NCBI RefSeq assembly: GCF_006345805.1
Contig: NC_043001.1
Coordinates: 126,294,001-126,358,000, forward strand
Length of the DNA: 64,000 nt
Reading direction: 5' to 3'
Source of the DNA: Octopus sinensis
Taxonomy: Eukaryota
The position numbers and the translations under genes are program-made. Positions 12,146-24,665 of the stretch are shown piece by piece; the stretch's first letter is position 1, and each line of letters starts with the position of its first letter. The notes under the pieces were generated by a model. That model saw only the letters and a program-made list of their open reading frames with translations. It did not search any database and was not told where the DNA came from.

Positions 12146-15071
12146 TTATATATATATATATATACACGACATCCTGTCTGCTGTTCGGACAGTCCAATGT
12201 GACGCCCCCACTCCATTTTTACATCTTTGAGGAAAATTTGAACGGTATTTTATTGCAGGGGTATCGATAATACAATCCATTTCCTGTCCACCATGGTCTG
12301 TGGAAGTATTATGAGTCATAACAAATGAGTCATATGCAAATTTTGATATTTGCATAAACTGTTGTTTTTGTGAACAACAAAGAACCTTATCTTCCTGCTA
12401 TTTATTAGTCATCTCTAAAACAGGTGTGAAAGTTATTTGTAACAAGGGTGAAAAGTAATGAAAGGCAGGGTAGTATTGTTTGATCTAACTTTTGCATTAC
12501 CTCACCATAACTTATATACAATTTGAACTGATAGTGTAGCTATCTTAAAATTACAACGAATACAGTCTTAGTACAGGTAATTAGCATAATGAGTGCTGCT
12601 TTTAGAATTCAACTTAATAACACTGATTAGTTTTGAACTCATGATATTCCTGAGATGTTCTGTTCAGAATCTTCACTGCCATAACCACTGTTCTTGTTTG
12701 CAATCTACCATATCAGGCTTTCGGACAATTACGGAAAAATGAAAGAAAAGCAATATGAGTCTGGCTTAGGTTTTCCACTGTAGCAAATACATCCAAATAT
12801 GGAGTTTAACCATCCCTCCTTTTCTCCAGAATGTATCTGGCTGGAGTCATCTCTGCTACATTTCTTTCTTAAGGACATGACATAATGCCTATGATGTCAT
12901 GTTCTTGATTTCTGAGCCTCACTATCGTGTTTGATATAAGGCAGGAAATGAACACGGACATTCGGGTGTCGGATACAATGCGTTCACACAGGTTATATGT
13001 ACCGTGGTATCAGCTCAGCAGTCTCTCCCTTTCCTTCTGTCTCCCTATTATCGCCCCTACTCTCTTCCTGACCTAGGGGAGATATAAGCTTGGCTAGGTT
13101 TAAAAATGTGCAAGGAACGCCATATTTCACTACGGTGCTCCTATGATACCACTAAGAGTTAAGGCTCCAGATATCTCAACGAAGAATCGTATTTTAATAC
13201 TTGTCTCAGCTTTGATCTGCAAAACATTCAGACGATTTGTTTTCAACGGAACCATCTGTTGCTTGGATTAAGGTGTAAGTGGCTGCAGTCCAAATCTGCG
13301 AGACCTATGTATGTTTTTGATAATGCTCGAACCTTTGAATTGAAGGTACTGTCTATTCAAATACGATTATTGTTTTTAATTGTATTTGCTTCATCCGGTT
13401 GTGAAATAGGCTTCCAAAACTTTCATAAGAAACTAACGAGTTGGTGACACCTACAGTGAAATTCTGATCTTGTATTTAGTTACTCGGGCGATTCTTTTAT
13501 GATATTCGGTATGATTATTTTATTTCTATTGTGCATAAATGACATCGCCTTGTGCCGTGTACATATTGTGTTGCTTCGTTTTAGTATTTTAAATGTTCAT
13601 AGTTGATGGTGTTCTCTTTAGCCGAAAGATGTAAGTGAAGAAATTTATGTTGTTTTTGTTTTTTGTTTTTCTGTTGTCTGCATTCCTGAATGCAATCTTG
13701 TTGGTTTGTACTTGTCTTCTATCATTCAATGTAAAATATAACATTGGTAAATCCATTTCTGTGGGTAAAGATAATTTTAGTTTCGGACACTAGTACGTGG
13801 GTGTTGCAAGATTGATTGAGTGGAAATATTTCAGTGCCTTTGCACGTGTATCTTGGTTTTCTCGGCATTGATGATTTGAGATATTCTTTTGTATTAGGAA
13901 AGCAACAATAATTGCTTTTTTCGAATAATTTCGGTAGAAAGTTTTCCTATGATGTGTCAGAAATTTATGGCTAAGAAAGTGATTATTTACTGCTTCTAGG
14001 AAACCGTAAGCGATGTTGGGCTTTTATGCTTAAAAGTCACGGGTGTGATCTAGATAATATTCCGAAGCCTGTTCACTATTTTAGAGAATGGTGAACTACA
14101 CGTATATTTAATATTGTTTTCGAAGTACACATAAAGCTATACATAATAGCATGTAAGTATTGGGTTGAAAAATTCTTTTCGCTGCTTTCAACTTTTTTTT
14201 TAATCTATCAGGGCTTTTTAACCCAGTATTTAAATACTGTCATTTATAGCTTTATATGTGCTTCGAGCATCACTATTCTATTTTACGATCTCTCAGAAGA
14301 TTATAAAATTCTTATGACGTCAACAACGTACGATTCTCGTTAATAAGAACACACTTTCTGAAATGGATAAAGAAATTCAAAGGATCGCTTTGGTCCTATG
14401 ATAGGACGCGTCATGTCAACGAAAGTTGTGGGTTCATGCTCTACGGACAGCCTCCAACATTTTCTGTCCAAAAGGGTTCTTCAATCCAATATTTATGTGC
14501 TATTATTTATACCTTTATGTGTACTTCGAAAACTACTATTCTAAAAAAGAATTATTTCACGTTTTCTCGAAAATTTTATAAAATTCTTGTAACGTCAGCA
14601 AATTTAATACTGTGATTTAGGACCGCACTATCGAATACCTCTTCTTTAGAAAGAAGTTAAGAATTCACTTGCCAATGTCGTTGATCAGATTTTTGAAAAC
14701 TATGGCTGGGTGACAATATATTTTATTACTCTTGCTTTTGCACTGTATTGGCGTTCCGTCGATTTGAGCCATAAACGAACCGTGTATTTTGTTGAATGAA
14801 ATGTCCTTTTGACAACACCATAGTTTTGAGATTTAGCAAGTATCACTTATTTTTTGGCACCATAAGATTTTTGAGAAGTGATTCTCAAACGGGGTCCACA
14901 TGAATCCAATGCCCTAACCACTAAGCCACGAGACTCCCTGGAGGTCCATATACGATTTTGTCGTTAAAATTTATCTGCAATAAACTGGTTATACTTCTAC
15001 AATACACAAGTATTTTTTGACACAATTCATAATATTTAATTAATTAGAAAAATGTAATAGGGCTTTTTAAA

Positions 15072-15358
15072 GGGCAGCGAGCTGGCAGAATCGTTAGCAC
15101 GCCGGGTGAAATGCTTAGCGGTATTTCGTCTGCCGTTACGTTTTGAGTTCAAATTCCGCCGAGGTTGACTTTGCCTTTCATCCTTTCAAGGTCGATAAAT
15201 TAAGTACCAGTTGCGTACTGGGGGTGGATCTAATCGACTGGCCCCCTCCCCCAAAATAAGTACCAGTTACGCACTGGGGTCGATGTAATCGACTTAATCC
15301 CTTTGCCTGTCTTTGTTTGTCCCCACTATGTTTTATCCCTTGTGGACAATAAAGAAAT
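15072..15358 (+). mobile_element. Family A SINE with a duplicated 3' part
   Basis: Family head and AAGTACCAGTT repeated twice. Confidence 0.85.
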
Positions 15359-15947
15359 ATATATAATAGGATTTTTTAAAAATTCTGAATGGCTCGGAGG
15401 GTCCATTCGAATAAAATAGGAATCAAAAGGGTCCATAGGTAAAAAAAAAATGCCCGAGAAGCAGTGATTTAGAGCATTTTGTTTGTTGCTTAGTCGTATT
15501 TCTGTTGAATTTACTACTTTTTCTCAGGCGTACCTTTTCCTCGCTGCTTTCATTGAGGATTGACAGAATAGTCATTTCATTTTCCCATCTTTGAATGTTT
15601 GTTTTCCGCGTTGTTATCTCAAGTTTAGATGCTCTTATATAAATTTTAAGGAAGTATCCGCTTTCTTTGCAATTAACGCAGCTGCTGTTTAAATTATGTT
15701 GTTTTTTTCCTGATGATATAAATACTTGTATCTGTTTGTATTGAGTGGGAATAAGGATAATTGTATTTTAGTTAATGGTTATTGCTCAGTAAGAACTTCA
15801 ACCAATTACACTATTATAACTACTTCCTTCGTAACGTGATAGCCACGCTCAAAGATTCCAAATACAAATCTAGATTTTGCGTTTTTATTCCCGTTGATAT
15901 GTTTCTGGGTTTGAATTTTACTGGCTGATATTCTGTAGGTAGACGAA

Positions 15948-16167
15948 GACGGCGAGCTGGTAGAATCGTTTGCACGCCGGGGAAAAATGCTTATCGGCAT
16001 TTCGCCCGTCTTTACGTTCTGAGTTCAAAATTCTACCGAGGTCGACTTTGCCTTTAATCCTTTCGAGGTCGATAAAATAAGTACCCATCGAGCACTGGGA
16101 GTCGATGTAATCGATTTAACCACCATCCCGAAATTGCTGGCCTAGTGTCAAAATTTGAAATCGATAT
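15948..16167 (+). mobile_element. Family A SINE
   Basis: Family consensus motifs. Confidence 0.8.
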
Positions 16168-16204
16168 TCTGTTGGTAGGTTGAGCTTGTGTTTTGTTTTG
16201 TTTC

Positions 16205-16585
16205 CTTCATTCTCCTTTTGTTTTAGTTATTAGACTGCGGCCATGCTGAGCCACCAACAAATACACTCCAGTACTTATCATTTTTAAAGCCTGGTAATAT
16301 TCTATCGGTTCACTTTTGCCGAACCGGTTAGTTATGGACACATAATCAAACCAACAGCGGTTGTCAAGCACTGATGGGAAAGGACAAGCACAATCGCAGA
16401 TACACACACACACATGCACACACGCACACACATATACATACAAGCACACGCACACACACACATACACATACAACGGGCTTCTATACAGTTTCCGTCTGTC
16501 AATTCCCTTACAAAGCATTGCTTGGTCTGGGCTTATAGTAGAAGACACTTGCCCAAGGTACCGTGCAGTGGGAGGGTACCCGAAA
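16205..16585 (-). mobile_element. Family B SINE, 5'-truncated
   Basis: Reverse complement of the family B body with an internal (CA)n. Confidence 0.75.
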
Positions 16586-16605
16586 CTACGTGATTGCCTT
16601 CGATT

Positions 16606-16663
16606 AACCACCACCACCACCACCACCACCATCACCACCACCACCACCACCACCACCACAACC

Positions 16664-16695
<32 letters not shown>

Positions 16696-16965
16696 ATCCA
16701 CCACTATCACCATCACCGCTACGACCGTCGCCACTACCACCACTATCAATACTATCATTACCACTACCACTACACTTGATACGCTCTCCGATACCATCAC
16801 CACCACCGTCACCGTCCCTACAACCACTACTACCACCACTATCGTCACTACCATCACCATCAACACCTTCACCGTCACCACAATCACCACATCATTACCA
16901 CCACGATCATCATCACTGAGATCACGATCTCACCACATCCCCATCGCTACCACTACCCATACCAT
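16606..16965. repeat. Degenerate (ACC)/(AAC)/(ATC) triplet array
   Basis: Direct reading; gives the poly-Thr/Val ORFs. Confidence 0.9.
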
Positions 16966-17187
16966 CATCCTCCAACCCTATTGTTGCCACTATCAAGAGA
17001 ACCTACAAAATATATTCTGCGTCAACTTTTAAAGTTGACCCCACAAACTTTGACATTGAAACCTTTGACATTGGCTTTCTAGAGCTTATGTCATAATTAG
17101 AGAGAATGTCGGAGGAGACAGCGGATGTTATATCGTAATATATTCTTTTATACCGCCCTTTTTGGTGACAAGTTGTGATGACAACTT

Positions 17188-17582
17188 GGCGCAGGAGTGG
17201 CTGTGTGGTAAGTAGCTTGCTAACCAACCACATGGTTCCGGGTTCAGTCCCACTACGTAGCATCTTGGGCAAGTGTCTTCTGCTATAGCCCCGGGCCGAC
17301 CAATGCCTTGTGAGTGGATTTGGTAGACGGAAACTGAAAGAAGCCTGTCGTATATGTATATATGTATGTGTGTGTATATGTTTGTGTGTCTGTGTTTGTC
17401 CCCCTAGCATTGCTTGACAACCGATGCTGGTGTGTTTACGTCCCCGTCACTTAGCGGTTCGGCAAAAGAGAACGATAGAATAGGTACTGGGCTTACAAAG
17501 AATAAGTCCCGGGGTCGATTTGCTCGATTAAAAGGCGGTGCTCCAGCATGGCCGCAGTCAAATGACTGAAACAAGTAGAAAA
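17188..17582 (+). mobile_element. Full-length family B tRNA-derived SINE
   Basis: GGCGCAGGAGTGGCTGTGTGG head, GGTTCAGTCCC box, CTTGGGCAAG core, internal AT/GT microsatellite. Confidence 0.9.
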
Positions 17583-17967
17583 AAAAATGACAACAGTCAT
17601 TTTAATCTGTCTGCCTGCCTACCTGTTTGTCTGTCTGGCGGCCCCCCGCGTGCCTCTGTCAATCTACATACCAGCATAACGTTTTATCTACTTGCCCGTA
17701 TCCTTTCTTGGTGTGTAAGATTCTCTTTCCGTATGTCTGTCTGTCCGTCTGTCTGTATGTACGTCAGCCTGTCAGCCTGTCAGCTTATCTCGTATATTGT
17801 TGTCTATCTGTCTGGGCGTCTGTATATGCCGGTCTCGATACATGTCCATTTGCCTGCCTGCCTATTTGTCAGTCTGTCTGCCTGTCTGCTTGCTTGCCCG
17901 TCTGCCTGCCTGCCTCCCTTTCTGTCTGTCATTCTGACTGACTTTCTGACTCTACCTACTGGCGCAT

Positions 17968-17968
17968 G

Positions 17969-18051
<83 letters not shown>

Positions 18052-18080
18052 ATATCTATCTATCTATCTATCTATCTATC
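17968..18080. repeat. (TATC)n microsatellite, left flank of the Tx1-like LINE
   Basis: Direct reading. Confidence 0.95.
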
Positions 18081-20010
18081 TTGACTCTCGAGCCATTATT
18101 GCGGAAGCTGGCGACTCTAAGGGGCATCCCGCGAGAATTGGGATGCGGGACGAGCGTGTCTGCATACGCGGACGACGTCACCGTCATAGTGTCTAGCCAC
18201 GAGCACATCGAGCAGGTCGGCGAGACACTGAAAAACTACGAAGCGGTGACAGGAGCGAAAATCAACCGGGAAAAGTCAGTGGGCTTGCGACTAGGCACCT
18301 GGAGAAGCAAGTCCATGCCGTCCACCAGCGCCTCCGTCGTGGGACGCTGGACCGACGGCCCGGTTGAGTTGCTCGGGGTCTGGTTTGGTCCGGACCTCCA
18401 AGTGGAGAAGAACTGGAACGAGATAACGAGTAGGGTGGTCACTCTAACCCGGCAATGGGCCGAGAGGAAACTGTCCCTAAAAGGTCGGGCGGAGGTGGCG
18501 AACACGTACACCACGTCCGTCATCTACTACCGCCTGACCGTCGTACCTTGTCCCGACCCTACCATCACCAAACTACAACGCATTCTCTTTCGCTTCTCGT
18601 GGAAAGGATGCGTCCCGATGGTCAGGCGATCCATTTACTGTCAACACCCGTTAAAAGGAGGGCTGGGCATGCCGTGGTTGATGATGCGCAGACACGCGCT
18701 GAGACTGCGACATCTCTGGCTCTATGTAGACGACGGTGAACAGGTGTGGTCGCCGTTTGTGAGGCACGCTTTCCCGCAGCTCGTCTCCATGACCGAACTG
18801 CAGTCGTAGATCAAAAAGAGGCCGAGGAAGGGCGAATGGCACCGCGAGTGTCGCGTTGCTCTCAAGCAACTCTGCCGTCCTGGGTCGACCTTGAGTGACT
18901 TCAACACAACCAAAGCATTCTATAGGGGATTAGTGGAGGGGAGGTACGACGACGAGCTCGGGACGAACCTGGACGTCGACGAGGAGTACCTGACCCGCCT
19001 GTTCAGGACGACTTTCGGGCCAGGGCCCATGGACAACTTCCAGAGATCCCTGGCCTGGCAGTGCTACCGAGAAGCGCTACCCGTTCGGGATAAGCTCTAC
19101 AGACACGGCTCGAGAAACACGGGGCCGACCTGCCTGAGATGCGGTCAGAGCGACGAAACCGTTCTGCACGCACTCGTGCAGTGTCCAACAATTTCCGACC
19201 TGTGGGCTTATGTCGAACAACTACCGTCACGTGTGGGACGAGTCGGTTTATCAGCTGAGTCTATCGTCAATATTGTCACGCCTCCTTCCTTCAAACGGGA
19301 AGGAAGAGCTATTTTCATCATCCTTGTGGCTATGGCGAAAGAATGTATCTGGTGGACGCGTCTGAAAGGATTGGAGACAAACACTTTCCTCTCTGGTCAA
19401 TCTCTCATCAACTTCTTCAAGTACCACTTGAAAAGGAAAGTGAGAGTAGAGAGGCAAGTTTTGTCTAGCGAATGTTTTTAAAAAAGATGGGTGAATGTAG
19501 CAAGGATGGCACGTATGAATGACGAAGCCACCTTGAGCATAATCCTATGAACCCAGAAATTGAAAACAGAGGGTTACCCACTTGCAAACAAATGTGGTAA
19601 CATAACAATATTGACCAAGGTTACCGTGGTCTTTTTCGTAGGCTTTTCTTCCCACGGATAAACCTTACTTGCTTTCCCCTTTACACCATATATCATAACA
19701 CTGTGATACACGATCCCTATTGATCGTTTTTTTTCCTCTTCCCCTTTTTTCCCCTTTTTTCTTCTTTTTTCATTTTTCTTTTCTTTTGTTCCTTTTCCTT
19801 TTCTTTTTTTTATTTTTCTTTTTTCTTTTTTCTTTTATTTATTTATTTATTTTTTGTTATTTTCTTCCCTTTTACGATCCCTCTTGATCGAAAACCTACG
19901 CCACCCCTTTTTTTTCTTTTGTTTTTTGTTTTTTTCATCCCCCAAAAGAAAAGCTCTACCTTGTAACTTGTCCCATCTGTGTGCAGCCCTGTGTGGCCAA
20001 TAAAGAAACT
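18081..20010 (+). mobile_element. 5'-truncated L1/Tx1-clade LINE (RT C-terminal half, CCHC finger, 3' UTR) with one premature stop
   Basis: SAYADDV, GAKINREKS, LGVWFG, KGGLGMP, CLRCGQSDETVLHALVQC; TAG at 18807-18809 with the frame continuing to 19481; T-rich 3' UTR; AATAAA at 19999. Confidence 0.93.
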
Positions 20011-20016
20011 TATCTC

Positions 20017-20077
<61 letters not shown>

Positions 20078-20114
20078 TGCAATCTAGCTACCTAGCTAGC
20101 AAGCAATCTGTCTG

Positions 20115-20209
<95 letters not shown>

Positions 20210-20210
20210 G
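20011..20210. repeat. (CTAT)n microsatellite, right flank of the Tx1-like LINE
   Basis: Direct reading. Confidence 0.95.
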
Positions 20211-20791
20211 TCTACCTGTCTGTCTTCCAGCCTTGCCTATCCGTTGGCTTGTCAAATTTTCAACTGACTGCCTAATAATCTCTGTTATATGCGTCCATGA
20301 CCTCTTTAATATCTCTGTTCCTGGTAGAACAGAGGTCTTTAAATTCGGTATCATACATTTTCACTTTCTCTTGCTTCTCTAATCTTTTTCCCTTTCTATT
20401 TGATAAAGGATATATCCCGAAACGTGAGATTCTTCAGCTTTTCTTCATTTGCCGTATTTGTTTTCATTATACCCGTACTTGATTGCTGTCTTTTTCGCTA
20501 TATATTTCCGCGCTTTGTCAAGTATGTGAAAACGCTCTTATTTAACTCCGTGCATACATATTCCGAAAGGTTTTCGAGTGGTAACATGTTTAGTTTATGC
20601 AAAACACGCATATTTACAACATATTTGACACAAAGCTCCAAATGTATATAATAAACATTATTATTCATATTCACTGCAAACGTCCTCGAAGAAAAATATT
20701 TCTTGTATAGACACGAAGAGACACCAACATGTATGTATGTATGTATGTATGTATGTATGTATGTATGTATGTATGTATGTATGTATATCTG

Positions 20792-20945
20792 TATTATAGT
20801 GAAGTAGGCCGGTTTATGTGTCTACCCAGGGTTTCTCGCTCATAAAGGGTTTAGCCTTACGGCATATCTTCAGATTCCAAACACTAACCCCTTATGAACG
20901 AGAAATTCAAGGTAACCACATAAACCGGCCTACCCCACTATAATA
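20792..20945. mobile_element. MITE-like imperfect foldback
   Basis: TATTATAGTGAAGTAGGCCGGTTTATGTG ... CACATAAACCGGCCTACCCCACTATAATA, plus inner complementary blocks. Confidence 0.65.
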
Positions 20946-20983
20946 TTAACTGCTCTGCATTTTAGAGTTTGCTCCTCCTCCGG

Positions 20984-21016
<33 letters not shown>

Positions 21017-21089
21017 TAAACTTATATTTGGTTATATATATATATATGAATAAAAAATGGAGTTAACGCAGGTGTAATCAAATATTTTT

Positions 21090-21175
21090 ACTTTCGACAC
21101 ATGTTTCGAAAATTCCACTGATACTATTCAAAAGAATAAATGGTATAAACAATGCAATCTTCTCCTCAGGAAAGT
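21090..21175 (-). ncRNA. Type I hammerhead ribozyme (CUGAGGA core, GUC triplet), intact
   Basis: ACTTTC-CTGAGGA-GAAGATT...AATTTTC-GAAAC-ATGT-GTC^GAAAGT; perfect 6-bp stem I; predicted cut between 21096 and 21095. Confidence 0.85.
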
Positions 21176-21700
21176 GAAAAAAGAGGGAATAGTACTGAGA
21201 CCAGTACTATTCCGTTTATTTCTATCCATTACTCAACATCTAGGGATAGAAATAAATGGAATAGTACCGGTCTCAGCAAACTGATTTGGGATTTAAAATA
21301 CTACAATGAACAATTTCATTTAGAATGGTTGATTCTCTCAATTTCGATACCATATGACAAAGGCAAGAAATTCTGTCTTCTCTGCAATTCTGAGCTATTT
21401 TTCATTATTTTTTCTAAAAATACTCTAGTAAACACGGTTATAGAGCGAGCATACAGATGTAAGCATTGGCAAAAACATACATTTAGTGCATATAAGTAGT
21501 CTCTATTATTATATATAATTTAAACTTTAATTTCTTTTATATTTAACATTCACTATTAATATCCCTACTCTTTCTGTTAGCTACTTATGATGTTATATCA
21601 TATAACGTTTTTTTAAACAATATTAATAACGTTCTGTCTATCGCTATACAAATCCATCATTTTTTGCTAAAATGTCTTATTGACGAGTTTCGTATTTTTC

Positions 21701-21786
21701 ACTTTCCTAAGGAGAAGATTGCATTGTTTATACCATTTATTCTTTTAAATAGTATCAGTGGAATTTTTGAAACATGTGTCGAAAGT
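21701..21786 (+). ncRNA. Twin hammerhead with a G5A core mutation, probably inactive
   Basis: ACTTTC-CTAAGGA...GAAAC-ATGT-GTC-GAAAGT. Confidence 0.7.
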
Positions 21787-21946
21787 AAAAATATTTGATT
21801 ACACCTGCGTTAACTCCATTTTTTATTCATATTATTCAAAATATTCAACGTAAGCACGAAGTTTCTACCTTTATAAACAAGGAGTTAATTGTTAATTGTT
21901 ACCGTGTTAATTGTTAACAAGGTAAAAATACACTCATCTATTTATA

Positions 21947-21977
<31 letters not shown>

Positions 21978-22908
21978 TTTTACGTTCGCTATTTCCAGTA
22001 AATATCGGTACTTAGTTGTGCCATTTATTTACTAATTTGTATATATATATATATATATATAAATGTATGTATATATACACACACATATATATATACATAT
22101 ACGTATGTATATACATATATATGAATTTGTATATATGTATATATATAATATATATTTTATACACGTATATATATATGTACACACACGCATATATACATAT
22201 ATATGTGTGTATATATAAATGTATATATGTGTATACACGCATGGTGCGATTGTTAGTATTCGTATGTGATAGTTTTTCTGCCCCACCACCGTCGTCCACT
22301 TGCTTTTGTCCCCTTGCCTCCTACTTCAAACGGCTAAGTGTTACTCACGAAAAAAGTATATATATAAATGCACTTAGCATATACTCTCTTTCTCTCTCTC
22401 TCCCTGTATGCATATGTATATATACTCGTGTGTGTGTATGTGTGTGTGTGTGTTTGTGCGTGGGCGTGTGTATATGTACACATTATTAGGTTACTTAGTG
22501 CTATTGATAACATGTAACTTAGTACAACCTGTTGCAGCGACTAAACCGGCAATCTTATCGAGCCTGCTTGGTCAAGACAGTGGCTTTCGTTGGACACCCT
22601 GCCGGATGAAACACAAAACCTGTCTTGAACGTAGCAGTGTCAACGGTCGTCCAACAGGCGGGAGTGAGAGACCCTGTAGATTTTCTTTTAGGTGTCTCTC
22701 TTGAAGAAGTAAATTTCGACATAAAACCAACCTCATTGCAAAGCCGGAAAACTTGCTCTTGCCGGTTTCTCGAAAACCGGGCTTTGTAGGCGTGAGTGTT
22801 AGTGATGTTGTGTATGACTTTAAATTTTAGCACGGGCCATACTAACATCTCGTATAAGATTTGGTCAATGATGGCCATGCACGTTTACGATTTGACAGCC
22901 ATCATGTT

Positions 22909-23495
22909 AAGTTAAGTTAAGTTAAGTTAAGTTAATTTTTTGGCTCAAAAAGCAAAAAGCAAGGCCATGTAAGGCAACATGGAGTTATGTACAGGGTGGT
23001 GTTCATGCAAAGAGTTCAGGCCATTTCTGATCAAGAGAGACTTTGAACCGAGCGGTCGTCGGCATCTTCACTATCTCGTCCGGCAGCTTATTCCACGGAT
23101 CTGCAACCCGGACGGAGAAAGCCCCTCTCCTTCGATTGAGATGAAATCGTCGCAGATAGAGCTTTTCGGAGTGACCCCTTGCCGACGCTCTGGAGCAGGA
23201 GTGAAGAACAGCTCTTTCAAGAGGTTACACTTTCCGCTCATGATGTTGTGAGCAAGAATGAGATCACCACGGCGTCGTCGTTTTTCTAGAGAATAAAGGT
23301 CGAGCGTCTTCAGCCTTTCTTCATAAGACAAATGCTTGAGACCAAGAACCATGCGGGTAGCCAGCTTCTGGACTCTTTCGAGATGATGTATGTCTTTGAG
23401 GAGATAAGGAGAAGAGGCTTGAATCCCGTGCTCCAATATGGGTCTCACCAGCGTGACATAGAGCGGTAGGAATATGGCTGCTGTGAGCATTCCGA
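22909..23495 (-). mobile_element. CR1-clade LINE 3' fragment with (TTAAC)n tail
   Basis: LYVTLVRPILE...LERVQKLATRMV.GL..LSYEERL..LDLYSLEKRR.RGDLI; tail reads GTTAA repeats at 22909-22935 on the plus strand. Confidence 0.92.
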
Positions 23496-24109
23496 ATGAT
23501 GTATGTATGCATGCACATCAGGTCGCTCTTGAGAGCTACTGGTAACTGTATCTCTGTACAACCTGTTGCGTGGTCGGTCGTCGGCAGAAAAACTGGCAAC
23601 CGCAACGTGCCTGCTTAGTGAGCAGGGTGATTAGTTGGGTTCCCTGTGTAATAAAAATAAAATAAAAATAGCAGAGCGTGTTAATGGGTAAGTGAACTTT
23701 TGAAAGTGAACGGCCATTCGATTATATGCAAATATAAGTCTTTCAAATCCTTGTAAACTTGTAGGTGTTCATTGGTGGAAAAAGTCTAAGACAAGGTGCT
23801 CTGAAATTAGATTTGCAGTTGATGTAGCTGCCAATCAACTTGCAAACCTTGTCTCTGGATTCCAGTTAGTGATCCTTAGAAAGTGGGATCGGTATTGTAG
23901 AAACATATACCACTTTGATCTAATGACGTAAGTTCAATCTGGTTTATCTTCTTCCATTTAAAGTCCTGTGGTTTTTATTTTTGAGAGAACACACGTAACG
24001 GTGATTACCGGGATGATGTAGGTGAATTCAGACGACTATCGGTTTCCAAGATGAAGCGAGCATGTATGTATGTATGTATGTATGTATGTATGTATGTATG
24101 TATGTATGT

Positions 24110-24612
24110 AGCAGGTAGAGAAGGACTGTGCATGAGGGGACAGCCATTTTTGAGAAATCTCGAGTTGCACATGAGAAAGTAAGGAGGGATGTCAGGAAGG
24201 GCATCGCTGTTACACTTCCAGAAGGGAAGGGTCTTCCTTTGATTCTGACATGCAATGTTTGTGCAAGACCCTGCCTCAGTAAAGCTGGACTCATGAGTCA
24301 TCTTCGTTGTCATAAAACGAGACAGATGAGTGACAACCTGGCCACTGGTGGTGGTGTAACACATCATACTAATCATATCTGTCGGGCATGTGGAAGAGAG
24401 TGTAATTCGGCAGGAGGACTTAAACGACATGCAAAGGTACATGAAGCCCAGTTACAACTACAGCTGGCTGTTACCAGTAAAGGTCTTAGTTGCCAATTTT
24501 GTACAAGACATTGTAGATCTTTAGCTGGGCTAAAAAGTCACATTCGATCACAGCACCAGTAACAGTTAAGCTTCGTGGAATGGCCATACTCGATAACGAG
24601 GGGGCAGCCATA
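24110..24612 (+). mobile_element. RTE-like LINE 3' fragment ending in three C2H2 zinc fingers
   Basis: ORF 24128-24562: HEGTAIFEKSR then three C-x2-C-x12-H-x3/4-H motifs; 3' CTCG-ATAA-CGAG stem; (ATGT)n on both sides. Confidence 0.75.
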
Positions 24613-24665
24613 ATGCATGTATGTATGCATATGCATGCGTTAGTGAATGTGTGTTAGTGTGTCTA

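Larger units (their letters stand above)
21044..21946 (+). mobile_element. Truncated Penelope-like element: GIY-YIG C-terminus between inverted pseudo-LTRs (~137 bp)
   Basis: STGLSKLIWDLK..F.LEW.I.S.S.PY.KG.K.C.LC.SE...RCKH; inverted repeats 21044-21180 and 21695-21832. Confidence 0.85.

Noticed and set aside
17538-18080. N-terminal part of the 423-aa ORF
   Set aside because: Read-through of degenerate (CTGT)/(CTAT) repeats; LINE similarity begins only at about 18081
20410-20440. Minus-strand CTGAAGA followed by a stem
   Set aside because: No GAAA after stem II; the CTGAAGA in the 20.8-kb MITE and in family X fail the same way
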